Below the pieces are notes generated by a model that had not been told where the DNA came from, made no database searches, and saw only the letters and a list, made by a program, of their open reading frames with translations. 38,695 bases of DNA from a virus. Taxonomy: Duplodnaviria; Caudoviricetes. Below, one piece after another: positions 7,621 to 17,032 of this stretch (position 1 is its first letter; every line of letters starts with the position of its first letter). The position numbers and the translations under genes are program-made. The stretch lies in the IMG/VR virus record IMGVR_UViG_3300012167_000007, positions 1 through 38,695 of that record; one strand, 5' to 3'.

Positions 7621-9296
7621 GATTCACCCAACATCTGCGCCTGTTCTTCGTGCAGTGCCCGCGCCGCCGCATTTGACGCCTCGACGCTCTTGAACTTGCC
7701 GAGGTGGCGGCCGGTACGCTTGTACTGCTCGACGGCCTCGTCGTCTGTCATGATGCGGCCGTCGTCGCTGACCGTCGGGATCAGCACCTCCTTGCCGTCG
7801 ATGTTGACGCCCAGCGACCTGATCGTGCTGGTCGAACCGTCGGCGTTCTTGACGTGCGGCCGGTTCGTGAGGTCGATGTTGCCCATTTCGACCTGGCCGG
7901 GGAATCGTTCGCGCTGAGCATTCGCCGCCGACACCGGGCGCACAACGTCCGTTCCCTCGACGACGGACAGCGTATCGTCCAGTTCGCGCGCGCCGCGGCG
8001 TACGACGTCGCCGGGGATGCGCTTGATCTTCGCGCCCAAGCTCATCTCGGCCTCGGCCTCGGCTCGATGCTTCAGGGCGTCGCGAACGGGTATGAGCGTC
8101 GAGATCTGCCGGTTGCGCTGCTTGAATTCGTCGAGCTTCACGCCGCTCGTATTGGCGGCCACGTCGTCGATCTCCTGGTTGAGGACTTGGTAGATCTTCC
8201 CGAGCGCCTGGCGTCGCGTGTTCGGCTTGATGGTCCGCGCCGGGTCGGCCACGGTGCCCATGTCGTTCCGGATGTTGCGAATCTGCTGCGCCGTCAGCTT
8301 CGCGGTTTCCAGGCCCTCCGGGCTTGAGCCGTATCGCTTGAGCAGGTCGGTCCTGACGCGGTTGACGGCGTCGGCCGCCACGCCGCGGCCTTGCAGGTTC
8401 AAGCGTTCTTCGAGGCCCGCGAGTTTCTCGGCGATCGGTTGTAACGGGACACCGCCGTGCTGGCGCTGCATCGCCGCGTACGCCGCGTCGTTGGCGTCGA
8501 CCGCCTTGTTGATCACGCCGTCCAGATCCTTCGCCGCGGCCGCCGGGTTCGTCTTGGCCTTCACGGTGACCGCGCGCCGGGCGACGGGGATCTCGGTCAA
8601 CACCTCGGCCAGGGTGGCTCCCTCTTCGCCGGCCTTGAACTTGACCTCGTTGGTGAGCCGCGCCGGGGCCTTGCGCGCGCCGCGCGTGATGTCGCCGACT
8701 GCCCGCTTCGCGCCGCCCGCCACCACGTTCGCCACGCCGGGCAGAGCGCCGAACGCGCCTCCCAGCAGCGCGCCCGTGGTGGCGTCGCCGCCCATCGTCT
8801 TGCTTGCGGCCGCGCCGGCGGCGGCGCCAGATGCGACCGGGACGAGCGCGGGCGCGACCGCCCGCGGCAGCACCTTGCCCGCCAGGCTGCCGGCTGCACC
8901 GCCCGCGATTTTGCCAGCGGCGCCGGCGGGGATCATCGACGCCATGAAGGCGAAGTTCTCGAACGATTCGTCCGCGGCGGGCTGCTCGGAGACGCTCAGC
9001 GCCTCTCGCTGCGCCTCGAACGACTGACCCGGTAGGATGGCGGCCGGACCGACGCGCGTGATTGCCTCGGTCTGCGGTCCGGACATGGTCCCCGCCTGTT
9101 CGGCGGTCAGCGGGCGCGGCCCGGGCGGGCGCAGCGATGCCGCGCGGCGCGCCTCGGGTCCCGCATCCGTGGACGCGAGCCGAGCCGCCGGCGCCGGCGC
9201 GCCCTTGGACTTGAGGTAGGCGTCTGGATCAAAGCCGCCGCCCGTCGCCTCGCCCCCCTGCTTCGCCGCCAGATAGCTGTCCGGATCGAACGCCAC
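7617..9296 (-). CDS. Putative DNA ejection (internal virion) protein with distinct C-terminal domain
   Basis: N-terminal FDPDSYL/FDPDAYL repeat, Gly/Ala-rich hydrophobic block, helical body; podovirus synteny. Confidence 0.7.
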   Translation of the reverse strand: MAFDPDSYLAAKQGGEATGGGFDPDAYLKSKGAPAPAARLASTDAGPEARRAASLRPPGPRPLTAEQAGTMSGPQTEAITRVGPAAILPGQSFEAQREALSVSEQPAADESFENFAFMASMIPAGAAGKIAGGAAGSLAGKVLPRAVAPALVPVASGAAAGAAASKTMGGDATTGALLGGAFGALPGVANVVAGGAKRAVGDITRGARKAPARLTNEVKFKAGEEGATLAEVLTEIPVARRAVTVKAKTNPAAAAKDLDGVINKAVDANDAAYAAMQRQHGGVPLQPIAEKLAGLEERLNLQGRGVAADAVNRVRTDLLKRYGSSPEGLETAKLTAQQIRNIRNDMGTVADPARTIKPNTRRQALGKIYQVLNQEIDDVAANTSGVKLDEFKQRNRQISTLIPVRDALKHRAEAEAEMSLGAKIKRIPGDVVRRGARELDDTLSVVEGTDVVRPVSAANAQRERFPGQVEMGNIDLTNRPHVKNADGSTSTIRSLGVNIDGKEVLIPTVSDDGRIMTDDEAVEQYKRTGRHLGKFKSVEASNAAARALHEEQAQMLGES

Positions 9297-11027
9297 CTAA
9301 AGGGCCCCATTGACCTTCAGAATGGCGCGCGCGCGCGGGTCGCCGAGGTTCTTCTTGGCCCAGTTGACCGCCTCGCTATCCTGCTCTTTCGAGGGCGCGG
9401 TGGACTTCGCTTTCGCCGGCGTCCCGCCCGTTGCGCCAAGCGAGCGACCTGCAACGCCCGACAGCTTCAGGAGGTCCTGCAATTCCTGTCGAGCCGCTGC
9501 GTAGCCGCCGGACGACTGCGGGCCGTACTGGTTGAAAAAGTTCGTCCATTCGGACGCGCTGATCGCCGCGCCCGACTTCGCGCGCCCCAGCGGCTCCATC
9601 AAGCGGCGCACGTCGGCGAAGTATTTCTGCCCCTCGGGCGACAGGCCCTCGACCTCGCTCTTTGCCGCGAGTCCGACCGATCGCATGCCGCCAGCTACCT
9701 TGGCGTTGATGATGCCAAGCGCCCCGCCCCCCTGGGGCGTCGCGGCCGCAAAAACCTCGGCCTGATTCTGCAGCCAGCGCGCAGTGTCCGCCTCGGTCGG
9801 GACGTACTTGGATTTCTCCAGCGACTCGACTGCTCGGATGCCGGCGCGGCCCTGCTCGGCCGACTTGTTCTGAGACTCGGTCCCCTTCGTTTGCGCGACA
9901 ATCTTGTCGAATTCCTTTGAACCGACTCCCTTTGATGCGGCAAGGCGTTTCGCCCCCGGAATGTCGCCGGGATTGTCGATCAGATGCTGCGCGACGTCTG
10001 CGCCGCCAACACCGCCACTGGCCTTCCCGCCGCCACCGCCCGCACCGCCGCCCTTCCCCTTGCGCTCGAGCACCGCCGCCCGCGCGTTCATCACGCGGAT
10101 CTGCGCCGTCTGCAGGTCGCCGGGCGTGCCGCCCTTGCGCTTCATCTGCTCGATCCGCGCCTGTTGCAGCGCGTGCTGATCCTCAGCCTGCAGCGCCTTG
10201 GCGCGCGCCGCGGCCTGCCCCTCGCGGAGCTTCAGGATGCGCGCGTCGGCGTCGATCTCCGCCTGCGACACGCCGCGGTCCTTGAGCTGCTGCTCCCCCT
10301 GCCGCAGCGCCAGGTTGTATTTGGAGGCGAGCCGCGCATCGGCGTCGCGTCGCATCCTGTTGCGCCCCTCTTCGACGTCGCCGAGCCGCGTGCGCGCCTG
10401 CACAGCGCTGTCCTTGAGCGCCGCGATGTTGGCCTTCTGCAGCTCCGTGTCGTCGTGCCACTGCTTCTGTAGGTTGGTGAGCGCGTGGTTGCTGGAGTCG
10501 CCGCCACCGGCCGACCGGAACGCCGCGCCGAGGCCGCCGAAGATGACCGACAGGACGGCCTTGCCCTTGTTCTTGGTGCGCGGGTCAACCAGCTTCGTCG
10601 TCTCGTACGCCTTCGTCTTGGCGTCGAGGTCCTGCTCCGCGGCCTGGCGGCGCTGCAGGTAGTCGGCCTGCGAAAGGCGTGCATCCTCGTCGGCCTCCCG
10701 CGCTGCCTCGGCGCTGCGGCGGGCTGTCTCGGCCTCGATGCGCCGCCGCTCGATGTCCTCCTCGCCCTGTCGCTTCGCCAGCGCCTCGGCCTCGGCGGCG
10801 TTCGCAGCGGCCGCAGGCGTGCCCTGGACGGGCGGGAGGCCCGTGGTGACGTCCGGTGCCACCGGCGCCTCTTCCGGGGCTGCTGCGAGGTCTGGCGCAA
10901 CGTCAGGGGCGATCTCGTCGAGGTCGCTGGGCACCGGACCGAGGCCCGACTGCTCGATCGGGGTCCCGACGTCGCGGATCAGGTCGAGGTCCTCTTCGGT
11001 CTCGTCGAGCAGATCGGGGTCGGCCAT
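9297..11027 (-). CDS. Putative DNA ejection (internal virion) protein
   Basis: 576 aa; acidic N-terminus, coiled coils, Gly-rich linkers; podovirus synteny. Confidence 0.7.
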   Translation of the reverse strand: MADPDLLDETEEDLDLIRDVGTPIEQSGLGPVPSDLDEIAPDVAPDLAAAPEEAPVAPDVTTGLPPVQGTPAAAANAAEAEALAKRQGEEDIERRRIEAETARRSAEAAREADEDARLSQADYLQRRQAAEQDLDAKTKAYETTKLVDPRTKNKGKAVLSVIFGGLGAAFRSAGGGDSSNHALTNLQKQWHDDTELQKANIAALKDSAVQARTRLGDVEEGRNRMRRDADARLASKYNLALRQGEQQLKDRGVSQAEIDADARILKLREGQAAARAKALQAEDQHALQQARIEQMKRKGGTPGDLQTAQIRVMNARAAVLERKGKGGGAGGGGGKASGGVGGADVAQHLIDNPGDIPGAKRLAASKGVGSKEFDKIVAQTKGTESQNKSAEQGRAGIRAVESLEKSKYVPTEADTARWLQNQAEVFAAATPQGGGALGIINAKVAGGMRSVGLAAKSEVEGLSPEGQKYFADVRRLMEPLGRAKSGAAISASEWTNFFNQYGPQSSGGYAAARQELQDLLKLSGVAGRSLGATGGTPAKAKSTAPSKEQDSEAVNWAKKNLGDPRARAILKVNGAL

Positions 11028-11039
11028 GGCGTCACCTGT

Positions 11040-11053
11040 GCACCAACGTCACG
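11040..11053 (-). promoter_or_regulatory. Late-gene motif copy CGTGACGTTGGTGC
   Basis: 13 nt upstream of ATG 11027. Confidence 0.65.
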
Positions 11054-11093
11054 CCATGTCGGCGGCATCCCAGGGCCTGCACACCCGGTCAGC

Positions 11094-11122
11094 TTGCGCG
11101 CCAAACGACGCGGTGAGACGCT
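11094..11122 (+). promoter_or_regulatory. Possible promoter of the lipoprotein moron
   Basis: TTGCGC-17 nt-GACGCT with TGn extension, 6 nt before ATG 11129. Confidence 0.4.
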
Positions 11123-11128
11123 TGATGC

Positions 11129-11584
11129 ATGAAACGGGCACGAATGATCGCAATTGCGGTGTTTGCGACCGCAATTGCGGTCGGGTGCGGGACCAGCAAC
11201 GACGACCCGCTCGACGGTACGGCGTGGGCGGTCGAGTTGTCGACGGCCTGCGCGGCGGGCCTGGCGTTTCAGGGCGGCGGCTACCGCGACCTCCTCCTGT
11301 GCTCACTCACCGACGGCACCATCGGCCTTCAGGAGGCTAACGGCACGTACGAGATCAACGGCGATCGGCTCACGCTGCACATGGACCGCGCGTCGTGCAA
11401 TTGGCTGCGCGACACGGCCACGGTGTCATGGGAGATCACCGGCAGCGGCACGCTGCGGCTTCAGGATTCGTCCGGCATCGTTGTGTTGGAGCGACTCACC
11501 TCAGGAGGCGGCTCGTTCGTCGGCACGTTCGGCTGTTTCGACGACGCGGGCGGCTTCACGCTGATGCCCGTGCACACGTTGTAG
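11129..11584 (+). CDS. Lipoprotein moron (lipocalin-like beta-barrel), candidate superinfection exclusion
   Basis: Signal peptide MKRARMIAIAVFATAIAVG-C with lipobox-like end; LDGTAW and GTYEINGDRLTL strands; opposite strand to neighbours. Confidence 0.75.
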   Translation: MKRARMIAIAVFATAIAVGCGTSNDDPLDGTAWAVELSTACAAGLAFQGGGYRDLLLCSLTDGTIGLQEANGTYEINGDRLTLHMDRASCNWLRDTATVSWEITGSGTLRLQDSSGIVVLERLTSGGGSFVGTFGCFDDAGGFTLMPVHTL

Positions 11585-12973
11585 CTACAGGCCGACCACT
11601 GAGCCGGCAGTTTCGAGAATGCCGGCCTTGAACTTGTTGTCCGCAGCGGCGTTCGCGATCCCCCCCGTAACCGCCGCGTTCCCGGCGCCGGCGCCGATGC
11701 CCAGCGCCGCCATCTGCTGCTGAAGCAACATCTGCCGGTGCCGCTCGGCGAGCTCGTTCTGTTCGAGCTGGGACCGCAGGTTGTTGGCGTTCGCTTCCTG
11801 GGCGAGGCGCGCGTCCTGCGACGCAACGTCCACGTCCTGGCCGCGGATGCCCTGGTTCGTCTGCGCCAGTAGCGCCCGGGCCCGGTCCTGCTCGGCCGCT
11901 CGCGTGGCGGCCGCGTCGAGGTTCGTGTTGGCGAGGATGTCGGCGCTCGCCAGCGTGCCGGCGCGCGCGGCGCCGCCTGCCGACCGCCCACCCAGCGCGC
12001 GGGCCTGACCGAGGGTGGCGGCGATGTTCTTGCCCGACTGCTTCTGAAGCTGCAGTTCCGCAGCGCTGGGCACCGTGCCGGCAGCCGCAGCACCCAGGGC
12101 GTCGAGCTGCTGCATCTGGCGCGCGCGCAGCTCGTCGGACTGGGCCTTGTCGAGGGCAACCCGCTCCTGCGCCGCTGCCTCGCCGGGGCGGTAGTTGTAC
12201 CGCTCGGTCGAGAGGTCGTCGCCCAGACCGAACGCGGCCCGCTGCGAATTCAGCGCGGGCGACAGGTCGCCGAGCATGGGACTGAGAAACTTGGACCCGA
12301 TGTCCACTGAGTCTCCGAGGCCGGGCTCTATTTCGTTCAGCACCCGAACGGTCGGCGACGCGCTCCCCCCAGTTGGGGCAATGGCCTCTCCCCTTGTGGT
12401 TCCCGTAGTATTTGCCGCCAGGGGCGCGCCGGTGTTGCCTGTGATCGCCCCGGTACGCGTCGTTGTGTCGCCGGGCGGCGCGGTCGCGCCGGTCGTGAGC
12501 GCCGACTGTGTCGTTGTGGTGCCGCCTGCGGGCGGCGGAGCGTTGTTGTTGGTGCGTTGAAATTGATCTGCGGGACCGGGGGGGCGCTGCATCGGCGGCG
12601 CCATCCCAACGTTGTTGTTGGTTCGCCCGGCGAGTGCCGTCTCCGTCGCCGTGGACGGCGCTACGGCGCCGCCTACCTGCGTGCCGACCGTGGTGCCGGC
12701 TTGCGCGCCCGCGCCGGTAGAGGGCGGTGGGACGCCGAGCGCGGCCATCATTTGACCGGCTGGCGCCACCTGTCCCGACACGTACCCGGAGCCGCCCGTC
12801 GACACGCCGGTTTGCTGCTGCCGAACCGCCGCCTCATCGGGGGAGATGCCGAGCGCCTCCTCGATGCCGGTGCCGCGGCGGCGCGACACGCCGGCCGATG
12901 GTGTGCCCACGAACGACGTGCCGGTCTGGCCCGGGGACGTCGCTCGTGGGGTTCCGCTGGTTACCGTCGCCAT
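11585..12973 (-). CDS. Putative DNA ejection (pilot) protein
   Basis: Thr/Gly/Ala/Gln-rich; PSAAELQL motif; directly after the nozzle gene. Confidence 0.7.
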   Translation of the reverse strand: MATVTSGTPRATSPGQTGTSFVGTPSAGVSRRRGTGIEEALGISPDEAAVRQQQTGVSTGGSGYVSGQVAPAGQMMAALGVPPPSTGAGAQAGTTVGTQVGGAVAPSTATETALAGRTNNNVGMAPPMQRPPGPADQFQRTNNNAPPPAGGTTTTQSALTTGATAPPGDTTTRTGAITGNTGAPLAANTTGTTRGEAIAPTGGSASPTVRVLNEIEPGLGDSVDIGSKFLSPMLGDLSPALNSQRAAFGLGDDLSTERYNYRPGEAAAQERVALDKAQSDELRARQMQQLDALGAAAAGTVPSAAELQLQKQSGKNIAATLGQARALGGRSAGGAARAGTLASADILANTNLDAAATRAAEQDRARALLAQTNQGIRGQDVDVASQDARLAQEANANNLRSQLEQNELAERHRQMLLQQQMAALGIGAGAGNAAVTGGIANAAADNKFKAGILETAGSVVGL

Positions 12974-12985
12974 GGGCTCACCAGT

Positions 12986-12999
12986 GCACCGGCGTCACG
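12986..12999 (-). promoter_or_regulatory. Late-gene motif copy CGTGACGCCGGTGC
   Basis: 13 nt upstream of ATG 12973; its TGA is also the nozzle gene stop. Confidence 0.65.
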
Positions 13000-15900
13000 T
13001 GACGCGCCTGCTCGACGGCACCTTGTCCATGCCCTCCTTGGACACGGGGATCAGGGCCACGCCGATGATGTCGGGGCCGGCGGTCTGCGGCAGCGTCAGG
13101 GTGATCTCCGTCGCGTCGATGACCCCTGAGGAGCCTGCTGGATCGGGCGACAATGTTACGTCGGTGGCGCTGGCGACCGCCGTGATCTGGTAGGTGCCGT
13201 CGTAGTCGCCGCCCGGCGTTCCGGCGATCACCAGCGTCCCGCCGACGTGGCCCGACGTAAACGCGCCGTTGACGAACGACCACTCGGAGCCGCCCAGGTA
13301 CTCATCATCGACATCGACCACGATCGCCGTCGATGCGGGCGGTCCGATCTCGACTTCGATCATCGTCGCACTCGCCTTCTGCTGCGCCGGCCGCATCTCC
13401 CAGTTCCACCGCTGTGCTGTCCCGTCGAACGGCAGCTCGGCCGATTGAAACGGCGACGTCGCCATGTCCTTGTACAGCCGCACAGTGGCGGTATGCGCTG
13501 CGCCGCCGTCGCCGACGCCCTGCAGCCGCCTGATGCGCTGCCAGCCCGCCAGGCCGCCGGCCTGGTACCAGGGCGAGCGGATCTTCCCGGTGTACGCGGC
13601 GAGCCCCTCCTGATGCCGCGTCGTCGACTCGGCCATGACGTAACCGTCGGTGGCGCGCGCGTACACGACGCCATCGGCCTCGGCATAGCCAGTCGTCGCC
13701 GACAGGCACGGCTGCACCGTGTTCGTTCCCCACAGCTTCGTGGTCCAGTTCCACACGGGCGTGGTGCCGACGTCGGTGTAGAACCTGATCTCCGTCGCGT
13801 CCTTCACCACGACCGCCGACGTGACGGTCAGGCTGTCGTGCGCGTGCACGCCCTGCCCGACGTATTCGGCCGAGCCGCCAGCGGTGCGGTGGATTCCGGC
13901 GCGCTCGCCCGACGACTTGAACCACACGCCGCCGTCGGCCACGGCGATTGACTGCGGATTCTCGCAACCCACGCCGCCGTCGATGAGGCGCGGAAAGTAC
14001 GTCTGCCCTTGGCCCAGCGCATTCGCGCCCTGGCCGCCGACGATGTAGGACTTTCCGGCCTTGAACACGAACAGCTGCTCGTTGAACACCGCGCCGCCCG
14101 TCGTCGGGTCGGTCGGATCGCCGACGTCGAATGTCGTCGTCTCGTTGAAGATGAGCCCGCTCGTGAAGTCGGCCTCGTTCGAATACCAGATCGTCCCGGT
14201 GCCCGACTCGCCGCACACGAGCCGGCCCTGGTGCTCCACGCACCAGGCGATCGGCGGCAGTAGCTGGTTTTCCAGCCCGTTGCCGTCGGTGTAGAGCTGC
14301 TCACCGAGGTCGTCGTCGGCGACGTTGTCGACGAGAGTGACGGTGTGACTGGTCGGATCGTTCGCGATGACGGCGACCTGAAAGAAGCCCTCGGCCGCGT
14401 TCGCCTGCGTCCTGTAAACCTCGATCAGAAAACCGCCGGGTACGTTGGTGCCCGCCAGCAAGACGCCGCGATCGACGAGCCGCAGCGTCTCAATCGTGAG
14501 CTCGAACGACTGCTCGGTTACCGTGGTGGCCGCCGCCGTTTGAACGCTCGCCGCAGATCGCCACTTGCGCCCGTTGCGGTCCACGAAGCTGTAAATGAAT
14601 CGGTACAAGTACGACGCCGACGCATCGAGGTTGCCGCCCGTCTGAGGGGTCAGGACGGTGGGCGGCGGCGGGTAGTACGGGAAGCACGCCGATGCGTATG
14701 TGGCCCCGTCGAAGTGCCCGAGCAGGCCGCCCGGCACGAACAGCGACCGCAGAAACTCGGCCGGCCGCCCCACTTCGGTTTCGACGTCGGCGGCATGGCG
14801 CAGTCGGATCGTCTCGATTGCGTACACCGTGACGTCAGTTCCCGTCGCCGTGCCGGCGTTCTCGCTCTCGTCTACCCGGACGATGCTCTCCGCGGCGATG
14901 TACACCGCGCCGTCGGGCGCCACGCCAACGTCGCTCGCCGCGTTCACGACGCTGGTCAGGCCGCGGGCGTCGCGAGGGAGCGCCACGGCGAGCGGCGCCG
15001 GGTAGGTCGACGTCGCGGGCGTCAGGTCGTTGGTCACGGCGAGCACGAAGTAGCTTTCCTGATCGGCACCGGCGAACCCGGCGAGAAAGTAGAAGTTCGT
15101 CGAGTGCTGCCAGAACTTCGATCGGATGCCGACTGACAGAAATTGCGTCGCCAGCAGCGCCGACCCAGTCCACACCGCCGCCTTGATCGTCGCCTGCGTC
15201 GGCAGGCTCGGCGCGGTCATCTCGTACAGCACGCGGTAGAGGCCCGTCGCCAGGCTGCTGGTGGTCGTGCCGATGAGGTTGCGGATGCCGGCGGTCCCCA
15301 CTGCCGGCGCGGCGGTCGCGGCGGCGTCGAGCACGTGTGTCGCCACCGCGTCGGAGTTGCCAGCGGTCGGGGCCGGTAGGTCCCACAGCGTGCGCAGGCC
15401 GTTGGTGGTGTCGGCGATCATGATTGCGAACTTGGCTGACGATCCGAAGTCCTGCATCCATCCGAACGCCAGGTTGGGAACAACTGCCGCGGCCGCCGTT
15501 GTGCGTGGCGTGAACGTCGAGTTTGTCGCGAGCGACGTCGCGTCGACCACCGCGCAGCGCAGCTCACCACTGGTAACGGTGCGGTACAAGATCCCAACGT
15601 TGTTGGCGCCCGCCACCGGCGCCCCGACACGAATGTCGATCGGTGTGTCGCTCAGGAGAGAGCCGAGCGTGACCTGCTCGGCCAGCGTGTACGTCGTCAG
15701 GTTGTAAGCGTCGACCTGCAGCGCGCCGCCCTGTTCGTACGCCACGACAGCGCGCGTCCCGACGATCGCAACGCGCGGAGTGATAGAGCCGGCCGTGGTC
15801 TGCCGCGTGTACAGCGGCCGCCGCGAGGACCGGTCGATGATGGTGACGATGATGTTTGACGCCGTCGCGCTCGCCGCCTGGCAGACGCTCACGATCGTAT

Positions 15901-16318
15901 CCTCCGACACGGCCAGCGTCGGGCGCGATAGAGACTCGGTTGCGCCGGAAAACACCGGGGACGTGTCGACCTTGATCGGCCCGCGGCGGTAGCTGAGCAG
16001 GCCGCCCTCGCTCTGCGCGTGCCTTACCCACGCCTCCGGCACCGGCGCCCACACGTGCAGCGGCTCCGGCGCGCGGTTGAACCGCACCAGCGAGCCGCCC
16101 AGCGTCGCCATCTGCCACGGCGTCGACAGCGTTCCGGACGCCGGCAACGTCGCCTGCGTCGCCGTCGACAGGATGTCAGACCCGAAGCGCACCCGCGCCT
16201 TGCCCGTCTGCGGGTGGACCATGTTCTCGAGTAGCAACGTGGCGCCCGGCTGGACCAGCTGGTCGGCGAGCTCCGTCTGCAGACCCGCGGCGAGCGGAAT
16301 GGTTACCGGCCGCGCCAT
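12995..16318 (-). CDS. Tail nozzle / tail tubular protein B-like (P22 gp10 / T7 gp12-like)
   Basis: 1107 aa beta-rich; LLLENM, IWYS, GVGCENPQSI, IRSPW, WQRIRR patterns; position before ejection genes. Confidence 0.75.
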   Translation of the reverse strand: MARPVTIPLAAGLQTELADQLVQPGATLLLENMVHPQTGKARVRFGSDILSTATQATLPASGTLSTPWQMATLGGSLVRFNRAPEPLHVWAPVPEAWVRHAQSEGGLLSYRRGPIKVDTSPVFSGATESLSRPTLAVSEDTIVSVCQAASATASNIIVTIIDRSSRRPLYTRQTTAGSITPRVAIVGTRAVVAYEQGGALQVDAYNLTTYTLAEQVTLGSLLSDTPIDIRVGAPVAGANNVGILYRTVTSGELRCAVVDATSLATNSTFTPRTTAAAAVVPNLAFGWMQDFGSSAKFAIMIADTTNGLRTLWDLPAPTAGNSDAVATHVLDAAATAAPAVGTAGIRNLIGTTTSSLATGLYRVLYEMTAPSLPTQATIKAAVWTGSALLATQFLSVGIRSKFWQHSTNFYFLAGFAGADQESYFVLAVTNDLTPATSTYPAPLAVALPRDARGLTSVVNAASDVGVAPDGAVYIAAESIVRVDESENAGTATGTDVTVYAIETIRLRHAADVETEVGRPAEFLRSLFVPGGLLGHFDGATYASACFPYYPPPPTVLTPQTGGNLDASASYLYRFIYSFVDRNGRKWRSAASVQTAAATTVTEQSFELTIETLRLVDRGVLLAGTNVPGGFLIEVYRTQANAAEGFFQVAVIANDPTSHTVTLVDNVADDDLGEQLYTDGNGLENQLLPPIAWCVEHQGRLVCGESGTGTIWYSNEADFTSGLIFNETTTFDVGDPTDPTTGGAVFNEQLFVFKAGKSYIVGGQGANALGQGQTYFPRLIDGGVGCENPQSIAVADGGVWFKSSGERAGIHRTAGGSAEYVGQGVHAHDSLTVTSAVVVKDATEIRFYTDVGTTPVWNWTTKLWGTNTVQPCLSATTGYAEADGVVYARATDGYVMAESTTRHQEGLAAYTGKIRSPWYQAGGLAGWQRIRRLQGVGDGGAAHTATVRLYKDMATSPFQSAELPFDGTAQRWNWEMRPAQQKASATMIEVEIGPPASTAIVVDVDDEYLGGSEWSFVNGAFTSGHVGGTLVIAGTPGGDYDGTYQITAVASATDVTLSPDPAGSSGVIDATEITLTLPQTAGPDIIGVALIPVSKEGMDKVPSSRRVT

Positions 16319-16687
16319 TTACGGCCCCCGCAGCTCCGGCGGCAGTTCGTAGGTCTTGTCGCGCAACCGATCGAGGCGCTCGCGCAGTGGCGTGAGCGTG
16401 TCGGCCCAGATGCCGGAGAGCTGCTGCCCGAGGCCGGCGATCACGTACTCCAGGATGTCCGCGTTCAGGTCGATGGCGATCGGCGCCTTCTTGTCGCGCC
16501 AGTCGGCGACGAGGATGTCCCCGCCGAAGCCCGCCGCGGCGGTCGCGAGCTTGTCCGCCAGGTCGGCCACGCCCAGCTCGTCCCAGGCGCGCAGCCGCTT
16601 GCGCCCGTGCTCGGGGCTTGGCGACGGCAGGCCGACGAGGTGGGAGGTCAGCGCGAATTGCTCGTAACGGGTGATTCCGAACTTCAT
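16319..16687 (-). CDS. Hypothetical protein, possible fibre chaperone
   Basis: SD AGGAG; 122 aa helical; downstream of the fibre gene. Confidence 0.6.
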   Translation of the reverse strand: MKFGITRYEQFALTSHLVGLPSPSPEHGRKRLRAWDELGVADLADKLATAAAGFGGDILVADWRDKKAPIAIDLNADILEYVIAGLGQQLSGIWADTLTPLRERLDRLRDKTYELPPELRGP

Positions 16688-16696
16688 CGTGTTCTC

Positions 16697-17023
16697 CTAT
16701 GCTGCCGCCGCAGCTGCGACCGCCGCCGCAATCGCTGCGGCTGCCGTTGATTGCGACGCTTCCGACGTGGCCGTCGCGGCCGTTGACGAGATCATGACCG
16801 CGAACAGGGCATTGAGCGCCGCGATATCGGTTGCGCCCTGGCCCACGGGAGACACGGATACGATCGACGGCGGTACGAGCGGCGTGCCCGCCGATGCGTC
16901 CCCGTACGCCGCGCGCCACAGCGGGCCGTCGACCACGTGCAGGGTGAGGCCGATCGAATCGTCGTATCCAGCGGCGACGCGAACGTTCCGCGCCTTGAGC
17001 AGGTTCTGCGGTGTGAGTGCCAT
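16697..17023 (-). CDS. Hypothetical tail-associated protein
   Basis: SD GGAGG; 108 aa with Ala-rich C-terminus. Confidence 0.6.
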   Translation of the reverse strand: MALTPQNLLKARNVRVAAGYDDSIGLTLHVVDGPLWRAAYGDASAGTPLVPPSIVSVSPVGQGATDIAALNALFAVMISSTAATATSEASQSTAAAAIAAAVAAAAAA

Positions 17024-17032
17024 CGGTTCCTC

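Noticed and set aside
16697-16790. Poly-Ala and Gly-rich low-complexity tracts here and near 10020-10060
   Set aside because: Ordinary coding linkers with mixed codons, not tandem DNA repeats.
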